Shown in pieces: positions 26,682 to 33,731 of a stretch of DNA of 44,242 nt. The position numbers were made by a program, and so were the translations under genes. The notes under the pieces are model-generated. The model did no database searches. It saw only the letters and a list, made by a program, of their open reading frames with translations, and was not told the origin of the DNA. Positions within the stretch are counted from its first letter, which is position 1. Every line of letters begins with the position of its first letter. The stretch is from a virus. Where the stretch lies: the IMG/VR virus record IMGVR_UViG_3300045988_084446, positions 1-44,242 of that record; one strand, 5' to 3'.

Positions 26682-26707
26682 ACATTTCGCGGAATCCACA
26701 CTATAAT
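26679..26707 (+). promoter_or_regulatory. Promoter (TTTACA - 17 nt - TATAAT) for the RHH gene
   Basis: -35 at 26679-26684 and TATAAT at 26702-26707. AGGAGG at 26717-26722 precedes a TTG start at 26730. Confidence 0.5.
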
Positions 26708-26729
26708 GAAGACAATAGGAGGTGTTATT

Positions 26730-26909
26730 TTGGGCTGGGTAGAAAATAAGATTAAGCGTACCCGGGAGTATAACCGGGAAAACTACGAACAGCTGAAGAT
26801 GCAAGTGCCGAAAGGCACGAAAGCCATCATCAAGGCAGCTGCCGAGAAAGAAGGTAAGTCCATGACAGCCTATATCATGGAGGCGGTCAACGAAAAAATG
26901 AACAAGTAA
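26730..26909 (+). CDS. Ribbon-helix-helix (CopG/Arc/ParD-like) DNA-binding protein, orphan
   Basis: NYEQLKMQVPKGTKAIIKAAAEKEGKSMTAYIMEAVNEKMNK shows the typical RHH beta-strand plus two helices. TTG start 7 nt after AGGAGG; the alternative ATG at 26706 lacks an RBS. Confidence 0.5.
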   Translation: MGWVENKIKRTREYNRENYEQLKMQVPKGTKAIIKAAAEKEGKSMTAYIMEAVNEKMNK

Positions 26910-26912
26910 AAT

Positions 26913-26951
26913 AAAAAAAGCGAAGCTGTACGGAATAGGCTTCGCTTTTTT
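26913..26951. terminator. Bidirectional rho-independent terminator between the RHH gene and the convergent serine recombinase gene
   Basis: AAAAAAGCGAAGC - loop - GCTTCGCTTTTTT. Confidence 0.8.
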
Positions 26952-26961
26952 GTTTAATAGA

Positions 26962-28065
26962 TTAAGCCTCAATCGGTACTGCTATCAGTTTATTTCTGAA
27001 TATGATAACTCGATCAAGGAGCCTCTCCCAAAATAATTTTCTTTCTGCTTTCTCCATATCGGCATAGCCGGTGTCTGCGGTATCAATGCTCGCCAATAAT
27101 GCCGCCTCTATGCGATCCTCTCGCCAATACACGTTGTATGGGCAGTTACTGTGCGTGTATGATCGACACACATAATAAATGCGCACACATGTCTTTTGAC
27201 GATGGTATCTCGGCGTGAGTCCACGCCCGCATTTAGGGCATTTTAATAGACGACTGAAAAGATAGATGTTATCTGTTCGCGGGTGTTGAGTACGTCCCTC
27301 GAATGCTTTTTGTACGGTTGCGAACAAGTCATCATCGATCAAGGCTGGACAGAAATTTTTGACGCCGTAATATTCGCCGATATAAATTTTGTTTTGTAGA
27401 GCGCGACCAACGGCTCCTTCTGTTTTGCCGTAGTGATATTTTCCCAACAGCATCCGATACGTTGCAAGCACAGAATGACCTTCCGCAAAATACGCAAACA
27501 TATCTTGTACCATTGGCGCCTTTTTCCTGTCGATTACAATATGCTTGTTCTTGCTGATTTTGTATCCATCAGGTATGTGGCCAGTGATAACCTTTCCTGA
27601 ACGTAAAAGTCCCTGCTGCACATATTTGACGCGGTCACTTGTCTGATCGCTCTCGTGCTGTGCAAGTGTCAGTTTGAGGTTGAGCATCAACCTTCCGCTG
27701 CTAGTTGTTGTATTGTACAGAGATTCCTGTGAGCACTCCCAGTCTACGCTATGCGCATCAAGGATATCCTGCACAATATAATAGTCCCGAACGTTTCGGA
27801 ACCATCGATCAAGGCACTTAAATATGATGACATCAACGTCTCCTGTTTGTACATCCTCTAAGAGCCGTTGCAGACCTTTGCGAAGGTGAGGGGATTTGCG
27901 GGCGCTGACACCCTCATCGGCGTAAACCCCCACTATTTTGTAAGCGTGTTGTTTGGCGTATTGGTATAAATCATGCTCCTGCTCGGCGAGGGAGTATCCA
28001 TGCCGAGCCTGCTCCTCTGTTGACACGCGAATATAAAGCGCCGCGCGCTTCTTCGATCGGTTCAT
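26962..28065 (-). CDS. Serine recombinase (resolvase/invertase catalytic domain plus recombinase and zinc-ribbon domains; small serine-integrase type)
   Basis: N-terminus MNRSKKRAALYIRVSTEEQ carries the catalytic Ser motif. C-terminal Cys cluster CPKCGRG...C...C. RBS AAGGAG. Confidence 0.8.
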   Translation of the reverse strand: MNRSKKRAALYIRVSTEEQARHGYSLAEQEHDLYQYAKQHAYKIVGVYADEGVSARKSPHLRKGLQRLLEDVQTGDVDVIIFKCLDRWFRNVRDYYIVQDILDAHSVDWECSQESLYNTTTSSGRLMLNLKLTLAQHESDQTSDRVKYVQQGLLRSGKVITGHIPDGYKISKNKHIVIDRKKAPMVQDMFAYFAEGHSVLATYRMLLGKYHYGKTEGAVGRALQNKIYIGEYYGVKNFCPALIDDDLFATVQKAFEGRTQHPRTDNIYLFSRLLKCPKCGRGLTPRYHRQKTCVRIYYVCRSYTHSNCPYNVYWREDRIEAALLASIDTADTGYADMEKAERKLFWERLLDRVIIFRNKLIAVPIEA

Positions 28066-28078
28066 CTAAAGATTCTCC

Positions 28079-28344
28079 TTGTCTACAAATTGCCTACAAA
28101 ATACCATGATTCGCCTTTCTTACTCTTATTTTTTGTTTCGTACAAGAATATGTTTTATTCTTGTGAATCCCTGTCATTGTAAGGGATGTAGTAATGTGAT
28201 ATAATCTTTTATCCTGTGCTATTATATATCGGTGATCTTATATCACAAAATACACAGCACTGCCACATAGCTTTTTATATCAATGGTTTAGCGCCTATTC
28301 AGAGTGACTTGTCTACATCTTGTCTACATAATCACTTGCCTACA
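28079..28344. repeat. Candidate attP region: five direct TTGYCTACA arm-type repeats bracketing an AT-rich segment with inverted repeats
   Basis: TTGTCTACA at 28079, TTGCCTACA at 28090, TTGTCTACA at 28309 and 28320, TTGCCTACA at 28336, all in the same orientation with about 11-bp phasing. 10-bp IR TGTGATATAA / TTATATCACA at 28196 and 28239. Abuts the 3' end of the integrase gene. Confidence 0.45.
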
Positions 28345-29498
28345 ATCCTTTCAAAAATCTGCGCGGTCTCTTGCTTCATTTCCTCCGTATCATGCGTATA
28401 CAGATTGAGTGTAATCGTTGCATCAGCATGTCCCAGACGTGCTGCAACGTCAACAGGCTTTGCCCCTGCCTCAATGAGGCGGGTGGCGTGCGTATGCCGG
28501 AAGCTGTGTGCATTCAGATTCAGACGCTGCAGAAACGCCTCAAAACGTGCATGACTGTAAGGAGTGCCGTTGGACCGAATACAAAGGAGAGGGCGTCGAA
28601 CAAGAAATTTCGGAGGTGGTATTTTCTTCGGCAGAATAACGAGTGCGCGACCATCATGCATATCCTCGTAGATTACTTGATATGCCTCTCCTAAGCGCAT
28701 CTCCTCTTTTGCTTGTGATGCTTTTAGTGCACGCAGATAGGAGATAAGCACGGCATCCGCGTAGAATGTTCGCGTACTGGTCGTGGTCTTCGGCGTTTCG
28801 AAGTACCCGCGATATACCCGCTGTCTTGCAACCGATATTTCTCCTGTGTTAAGGTCAATATCATCCCATGTGAGCCCCAAAACCTCACTGATTCTAAGCC
28901 CCGTGTGATAGAGCAGTTTGACTGCGGGATAGTATACCCCGTCTGTTGGGATGGCTGCAAATTGCTCGGGCGTGATGACCACGCGGGGGATGATCTTTTG
29001 AGGAGCACAACGGGGGATAGATATGCCTGTGACAGGGTTCGCAGAGATCAATTCTGCCGGATATACGGCATATTTCATAGCAATAGATAACACCGTTTTT
29101 GCCTGTGCTATTGTGGTTCGCGCAAGACCTTCTTTTGCAATTTTTTTCATCCATGAATCTACATCTCGCGGGCGTAGTTCCTGAACATGGATACTGCCGA
29201 GATACGGGACGATGCGTGCAGCGATTATGCTTGAATAATTCTTATGCGTTGATCGCTTCAAAGTTGGCCGCACGACGTTCTCAAGCCACGAGGCAAGGTA
29301 GTCCCGCAGCGTCACTTTCTCCGACGTGACACCGATATTCCCGCTCTTCCAGTCGGCATAGGCTTTTACGCCTTCGTCAAATGCTTCATCCTCGGTGGCA
29401 AAGCCTCCTTTCTCTTTCATGCGGCGTGGGTTCTTCGAGATGTCGAAGCTGTACGAAAAAGTTTTCCCACGCTTTCTGATTCTGATTTTGTTGGACAT
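28332..29498 (-). CDS. int: Tyrosine site-specific integrase
   Basis: 388 aa. N-terminal SAM-like/arm-binding region and a C-terminal catalytic domain with R...HTHATR...LGH...Y (…YTHDTEEMK). RBS AAGGAGG. Confidence 0.85.
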   Translation of the reverse strand: MSNKIRIRKRGKTFSYSFDISKNPRRMKEKGGFATEDEAFDEGVKAYADWKSGNIGVTSEKVTLRDYLASWLENVVRPTLKRSTHKNYSSIIAARIVPYLGSIHVQELRPRDVDSWMKKIAKEGLARTTIAQAKTVLSIAMKYAVYPAELISANPVTGISIPRCAPQKIIPRVVITPEQFAAIPTDGVYYPAVKLLYHTGLRISEVLGLTWDDIDLNTGEISVARQRVYRGYFETPKTTTSTRTFYADAVLISYLRALKASQAKEEMRLGEAYQVIYEDMHDGRALVILPKKIPPPKFLVRRPLLCIRSNGTPYSHARFEAFLQRLNLNAHSFRHTHATRLIEAGAKPVDVAARLGHADATITLNLYTHDTEEMKQETAQIFERIVGK

Positions 29499-29520
29499 AA
29501 ATAAAACCTCCTTGAAATGG

Positions 29521-29575
29521 GAGGCGAATCATGGTAGAATTTTATTGCAACTTGGCATGATTCGCGTCATGTCTG
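29521..29575. repeat. Motif site B: GAGGCGAATCATGGTAGA plus an inverted partner (GCGAATCATG - 22 nt - CATGATTCGC), upstream of int
   Basis: Exact 18-bp match to site C (32866-32883). 15-bp match in inverted orientation to site A (28102-28115). Confidence 0.5.
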
Positions 29576-29709
29576 CCGCTCTCTCTGTTGGCGCAGAGGG
29601 GGCGGTTTTTATTCTCGTTATTTTTCTTTTTACAAAAATATGCGCTTTTACTTGTGATTTTTATAGAAAAGTGTCAAATTACTTTCAACACTATGTTTGA
29701 AAGTGGATG

Positions 29710-29740
29710 AATGCAATGTGAGGATTCTTCACATTGCATT
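29710..29740. promoter_or_regulatory. Perfect 12-bp inverted repeat AATGCAATGTGA - 7 nt - TCACATTGCATT, downstream of the minus-strand cargo operon. Terminator or operator
   Basis: Seen directly in the sequence. Lies 20 nt past the stop of the Cys-peptide gene. Confidence 0.4.
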
Positions 29741-29759
29741 TTCCGTTAAATGTAAATTG

Positions 29760-30035
29760 CTAACATCCGCAAGTGGGGCTAAAGGTTCCGTCGCAGCATT
29801 TTGTCCGTCCGTTTTCGCATCCACAGACACCTTTATGGTGACTGCAACAGCCTCTCCTTAAGTATATCATACGGTGATTGTATGTGCCGACAATGGAGCC
29901 GATCTCCGGCGGGGGAACCTCAACATTGAGTGTAAAATTTGCAATAGATCCTTCTTCTGCCTGTGGCGTTGCTGCAGATACCGTGGGGGATAGCAACATC
30001 GCAAGTATTGCTGTGAGTAAAGTGATGCGTTTCAT
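29760..30035 (-). CDS. Secreted cysteine-rich peptide precursor (signal peptide plus 8-Cys C-terminal module)
   Basis: MKRITLLTAILAMLLSPTVSA|ATP... ends GCCSHHKGVCGCENGRTKCCDGTFSPTCGC. Translationally coupled to the upstream rhodanese gene by an ATGA overlap. Confidence 0.55.
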   Translation of the reverse strand: MKRITLLTAILAMLLSPTVSAATPQAEEGSIANFTLNVEVPPPEIGSIVGTYNHRMIYLRRGCCSHHKGVCGCENGRTKCCDGTFSPTCGC

Positions 30036-30472
30036 TGATCTTTCTCTCCCTTCATATCTACCATCGGCAGCCGGCCTTTTTCAATATGCTTTGCAGCGTC
30101 TTTTAATACCTTGACGTTTATAAAGCCGTTTTGAAATAGAATCTGTGCTGCACGAATAGAATAACCATCATCGGGGCATGAACAATAAATCATGTAAGCC
30201 TTTGACTTATCTTGCTGGGCAATAAAATCATCAAGGGGTTTCTTTTTGTAGGGGTTAATCCATATTTCCCCGGGAACCTCTTTTTTGCTCCTCTCCCTAC
30301 TTTGTTCTGATCGGACATCGATTACCTGTACGGCTTCTGGAGCTTTTAAGTATTCCTTTATCGTTATGAACGAATACTCGACTTGCTCCTTTTGTTGTGA
30401 CTGCTCTGCTGATATAACGCTGGCGTTCAGCAAAACGAGCAACAACATGATGGGGATGCGTAATAGTTTCAT
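30032..30472 (-). CDS. Secreted rhodanese-domain (sulfurtransferase-like) protein
   Basis: Signal peptide MKLLRIPIMLLLVLLNASVISA. VIDVRSEQ...GEIWINP...IYCSCPDDGYSIRAAQILFQNGF.NVKVL matches the rhodanese fold with a Cys in the active-site loop. RBS GGGAGG. Confidence 0.6.
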   Translation of the reverse strand: MKLLRIPIMLLLVLLNASVISAEQSQQKEQVEYSFITIKEYLKAPEAVQVIDVRSEQSRERSKKEVPGEIWINPYKKKPLDDFIAQQDKSKAYMIYCSCPDDGYSIRAAQILFQNGFINVKVLKDAAKHIEKGRLPMVDMKGEKDQ

Positions 30473-30510
30473 TTTCTTCCTCCCTTAAATAATGATGTAG
30501 AAGTCTGACA

Positions 30511-30912
30511 TCATTTTTGTACCTCATTCAGTTCATCGCTGTTGTTCCACCCGGGACCTCTCTGTTTCAGCCCTATATCACCTGCTTTTATATCCTGCCT
30601 CATTTGATTTATAATTGCTTCCCGTTGTTCCTCTGGAGACAGGGACGGATCTGCCATTGGTTCTGGACGAGAATGTGTTCCAACTTGATTGTCAGCTTTA
30701 GGTTTTGGCGATTCTTTTGTAGTATAGAACCCAACAAAAGATAGTATGCAAATCAGGGAAATAATGCAGATTCGTTTGAGGTAAGGTCGATTTTGTATAA
30801 ATCTTATCAACTGTAACAGATATGGTTTGACGGCTCGAAAAACCGATTTAAGTACAAGGAATATGACCGCAAGTAAAGAGCAGATTGCTATGATAAGAAA
30901 TACCTCGTTCAT
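30511..30912 (-). CDS. Small membrane protein (two TM) with a charged C-terminal domain
   Basis: TM1 VFLIIAICSLLAVIFLVL and TM2 ICIISLICILSFVGFY. RBS GGAGGG. Confidence 0.5.
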   Translation of the reverse strand: MNEVFLIIAICSLLAVIFLVLKSVFRAVKPYLLQLIRFIQNRPYLKRICIISLICILSFVGFYTTKESPKPKADNQVGTHSRPEPMADPSLSPEEQREAIINQMRQDIKAGDIGLKQRGPGWNNSDELNEVQK

Positions 30913-30945
30913 GATGTTGCCCTCCGTTTAGTCTTCCTGTGTATC

Positions 30946-31056
30946 TCAATAGAAGTCAGCGTTCTTTGTTGGTATGGTGAAGTTACTATCTTTTCTCCGC
31001 ACTTTAAGCAACAAAGCATCATTAGGGAGTTCATAACCGCATTTTCGACAAAACAT
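30946..31056 (-). CDS. Hypothetical 36-aa protein with a CxxC zinc-ribbon-like N-terminus
   Basis: AGGAGG 6 nt upstream of the ATG. Translation MFCRKCGYELPNDALLLKVRRKDSNFTIPTKNADFY. Below the length cutoff of the ORF track. Confidence 0.3.
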   Translation of the reverse strand: MFCRKCGYELPNDALLLKVRRKDSNFTIPTKNADFY

Positions 31057-31065
31057 AATAACCTC

Positions 31066-31521
31066 CTATTCATAGACACAAGCTGCGCATTCTAACTCCT
31101 TTAGCAGAGAGGCGGTATCGGCAAGAGATAATAATTTTTCATCGCGGATGCTGTCGATCATCCGGACGTTGTTGCGCAAACAGGTATGCGCGAGAAGGAG
31201 AAAGGCGAACTTGTTCGCCGCAAGCTCCTTTTCGTCATGCTGCGCTGCAGATAATCGATCTACGTGAACAAATGAATCTAAACTATGATGGAGAATGATA
31301 TGCCCTAACTCGTGAGCAAGGGCAACATTACGTGCATCCTCTGAGAGAGTTGTCTTAATGGAGACACTTTGCATCCGCCCAAGGCGAACGAAGAACGCAT
31401 CTGGCAAGAAGATAATGTTGTGTGGGTGTATTTTGATGCCCATCGCTCGGAGAATTGTGGATGGGCTGTTGCTCTCGTGAGCTCGAATAACATCAATGAC
31501 GGTCGGAAGTAGTCTCCGCAT
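31066..31521 (-). CDS. immA: ImmA/IrrE-family metallopeptidase (anti-repressor protease)
   Basis: HEXXH in LAHELGHIILHH. Overlaps the 3' end of the upstream XRE repressor gene, as in immR-immA pairs. Confidence 0.75.
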   Translation of the reverse strand: MRRLLPTVIDVIRAHESNSPSTILRAMGIKIHPHNIIFLPDAFFVRLGRMQSVSIKTTLSEDARNVALAHELGHIILHHSLDSFVHVDRLSAAQHDEKELAANKFAFLLLAHTCLRNNVRMIDSIRDEKLLSLADTASLLKELECAACVYE

Positions 31522-31954
31522 CAGATGATTCCTCCTTGATTAACACCTTTACAAACTCCCGCAAGACCTGTTTTTGCTGTTCCGTTAGTGGTTTGTCGCT
31601 ATAAGTAAGATACCCACCACGTTCCAACAAGGCGTCAAGATCATTTTCTTTTTTTGTGCGTCGTGTATGTTTCCCGTAGGGGGCGATTTCTTCGGAAACC
31701 GTTCCTTGTATATAATTCTGGTCCCCCGTTGTCAATGAAGATGGATTTTCCCATCCCATAATATAGGCAGGGGTAACGTGATACACTTCGGCAAGCAGTT
31801 CTATCTTATCCACGGGGATGTTTGTTACAATATCATTTTCATATTTATATAGTGTTTGCTTTGAAACAAGCACGCGTTGACCGACTTCATCTTGAGTCAA
31901 CCCTCGATCTAAACGAAGGGCTTTAAGCCGCGCACCAATAGAACCATCTGGCAT
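31493..31954 (-). CDS. immR: XRE-family HTH repressor (ImmR/CI-like)
   Basis: HTH in LRLDRGLTQDEVGQRVLVSKQTLYKYEN. Divergent from the cro-like gene. Start ATG 31954, 7 nt after GGAGGGGG; a TTG at 31960 is an alternative. Confidence 0.75.
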   Translation of the reverse strand: MPDGSIGARLKALRLDRGLTQDEVGQRVLVSKQTLYKYENDIVTNIPVDKIELLAEVYHVTPAYIMGWENPSSLTTGDQNYIQGTVSEEIAPYGKHTRRTKKENDLDALLERGGYLTYSDKPLTEQQKQVLREFVKVLIKEESSDAETTSDRH

Positions 31955-31992
31955 ATACAATCCCCCTCCTTCTTAAATGATGTGTCATTTAT

Positions 31993-32020
31993 ATATTAAC
32001 ATAAACGGTATAAAAAGCAA
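31993..32020 (-). promoter_or_regulatory. Putative immR promoter (minus strand: TTGCTT - 16 nt - TAATAT)
   Basis: Reverse-complement reading of the immR/cro intergenic region. Confidence 0.3.
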
Positions 32021-32027
32021 CAAAAAA

Positions 32028-32072
32028 GTTACTTTTGAAGAATAAAATATCTTGACAGGTTACTTTCTTAGA
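32028..32072. promoter_or_regulatory. Operator-like repeats GTTACTTT(C)TTAGA overlapping PR. A third copy lies at 32325-32338, after cro
   Basis: GTTACTTTTGAAG at 32028, GTTACTTTCTTAGA at 32059-32072, GTTACTTTCTAAGA at 32325-32338. Confidence 0.4.
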
Positions 32073-32080
32073 GTTATACT
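32052..32080 (+). promoter_or_regulatory. Early rightward promoter PR (TTGACA - 17 nt - TATACT)
   Basis: Near-consensus boxes at 32052-32057 and 32075-32080, about 45 nt upstream of the cro-like start. Confidence 0.6.
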
Positions 32081-32124
32081 AATGGTATCCTAAAAAGCTA
32101 CCAAAGAGAAAGGGGGATGTGAGA

Positions 32125-32334
32125 ATGATAAAAACAGATGAGATTGTCGGTTTGATGGCGAAGCATCAAATCTCACGAAAAGAAATGGCGAAGAGGCTGG
32201 GGATAACACCTAAAACCTTTTCGCTGAAGCTAAAAAAAGGGCATTTTGGTTCTGACGAAATTGAAACCATGATTGAGGAACTTAAAATTGAAGATCCTAT
32301 GTCCATTTTTTTTGCCAAGAAAGTAGCTTTATAA
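32125..32334 (+). CDS. Cro-like HTH regulator
   Basis: 69 aa. HTH in ISRKEMAKRLGITPKTFSLKLKKG. Divergent from immR. GGGGG 8 nt upstream of the ATG. Confidence 0.6.
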   Translation: MIKTDEIVGLMAKHQISRKEMAKRLGITPKTFSLKLKKGHFGSDEIETMIEELKIEDPMSIFFAKKVAL

Positions 32335-32386
32335 GTTACTTTCTAAGAAAAAACACCTTTCAACAAGAGGCAAAGGAGGTGAGGGG

Positions 32387-32701
32387 ATGAAGTATTCTAC
32401 ACCGAAGACAAGCGCCGAATGCAATAAGTATTTGAAGGCACGCATCGGTGTAACGTGGGAGGAGAATGAACCGCAGGAAAAGACACTATCGGACATCAAG
32501 ATGTTGCTTGTGGAATACAGGCTTTGGCAGAAGGATGAGGATCATTTCCTACGGCGGACAATCTACACCATGCAAGCGAATCGGCGTTTGGATTGGAAGG
32601 TGTTACTTCTCGTTTGCAGCGCAGGGGGATTTGTCGGAACGGCTGCCTGTATTCTGCTCGCATATCTTTTCGGAGTGATCTTGATGGAAGTTCATGTGTA
32701 G
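32387..32701 (+). CDS. Hypothetical protein with a C-terminal TM anchor
   Basis: RBS AAAGGAGGTGAGGGG. C-terminus VLLLVCSAGGFVGTAACILLAYLFGVIL. Confidence 0.4.
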   Translation: MKYSTPKTSAECNKYLKARIGVTWEENEPQEKTLSDIKMLLVEYRLWQKDEDHFLRRTIYTMQANRRLDWKVLLLVCSAGGFVGTAACILLAYLFGVILMEVHV

Positions 32702-32714
32702 AGGAGGTGAGGAG

Positions 32715-32840
32715 ATGAAGCGACTGCTTGAACGTCTGGATGATTTCGCTTTTCGTAATCCGGGAGCGATGCTTGTGTTTAATGTTTCTTGCATAATGAT
32801 TGCCATTGTATGCACATTGATCAACGTACTGCGCTGATGA
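32715..32840 (+). CDS. Hypothetical 41-aa membrane peptide
   Basis: RBS GAGGAGGTGAGGAG. Hydrophobic C-terminal half. Confidence 0.3.
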
Positions 32841-32847
32841 TGGCGGG

Positions 32848-32904
32848 TCACGCCCCGCCCTATTACGAGGCGAATCATGGTAGATAGCAAAGATGGCGGG
32901 GCGT
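32848..32904. repeat. Motif site C: GAGGCGAATCATGGTAGA (32866-32883) inside a 35-nt loop closed by an 11-bp GC-rich inverted repeat (CACGCCCCGCC / GGCGGGGCGTG)
   Basis: Seen directly. The third copy of the 15-18 bp motif. Includes a GAGG-N6-ATG translation-initiation-like element. Confidence 0.5.
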
Positions 32905-33031
32905 GGATGCCGATAGGAGGTGAAGTATGTGCGGGGTGTCATAGACTGGGACTTCGTTATAACGATCGTCTGCCTGACAGCGCCGGTTATGCTGTTCTCC
33001 ATACTGGCGGTCTATTTCTGGAGGTGAGGAT

Positions 33032-33424
33032 ATGCCAAGGAAAGCGGCTGACGCAGTAGCCGTGGACATCGTGAAAGTGCTCACGGATGCAGTCGAGCGA
33101 ATCGCTGCAGAGAAGGTAGCGGCGCAGTCAGAGGCGGCAACGCAACGCATCATTGAGCATCTGCCAGAGGTTGTCTATCTGCCTCCGAAACCTGCGGAGG
33201 TGCCGCAAGAACGTCTGCTGAGTGTGGGGGAAGTTGCTGAGATCCTCGGCTGCTCGACGGCGACTGTTGCCAAGCGGTTCGAGAGCGGTGATCTGGCATT
33301 TGTGCTAGAGCGCGGCTCTGAGAATCGAAAGGTTCCGTATAGCTGGGTGATTGAGTACATTCACAGTCTCCCACGCTATACGGGGAAACTGAAAGAGAGA
33401 AAGGAGGTTAAAGCTCATGCATGA
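33032..33424 (+). CDS. Excisionase-family HTH DNA-binding protein (putative Xis / early regulator)
   Basis: LLSVGEVAEILGCSTATVAKRFESGDLAFVLERGSENRKVPYSWVIEYI matches the MerR/excisionase-type HTH pattern. RBS GGAGGTGAGG. Confidence 0.5.
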   Translation: MPRKAADAVAVDIVKVLTDAVERIAAEKVAAQSEAATQRIIEHLPEVVYLPPKPAEVPQERLLSVGEVAEILGCSTATVAKRFESGDLAFVLERGSENRKVPYSWVIEYIHSLPRYTGKLKERKEVKAHA

Positions 33425-33731
33425 GTTTTGGAAACACATCGCGATCGGTGGGGCGTTTGTAGGCGTTGCAGCGCTCTGCTCTGGTGCGGTGAATCCGTGG
33501 GACGATGGACACGCTGTTCTCGTCGAGGAGGTCTATGTCGTCCGCCCCGGCGATACGATCTGGGGCATCGCAGAAACGTATCTCAAGAAAAATACCGGCA
33601 CACGCCGTTACATACTCGAATACAAGAGCGGTATCGAGGAGCTTAACCCTTGGCTCATGGAGCGCAAGGGTGAGATTTACCCCGGCGATAAGATCAAGGT
33701 GACGTACTGGGTCAAGGAGGGACAGAAATGA
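33417..33731 (+). CDS. LysM-domain protein with an N-terminal hydrophobic segment
   Basis: YVVRPGDTIWGIAETYL ... IYPGDKIKV is LysM-like. Confidence 0.45.
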   Translation: MHEFWKHIAIGGAFVGVAALCSGAVNPWDDGHAVLVEEVYVVRPGDTIWGIAETYLKKNTGTRRYILEYKSGIEELNPWLMERKGEIYPGDKIKVTYWVKEGQK

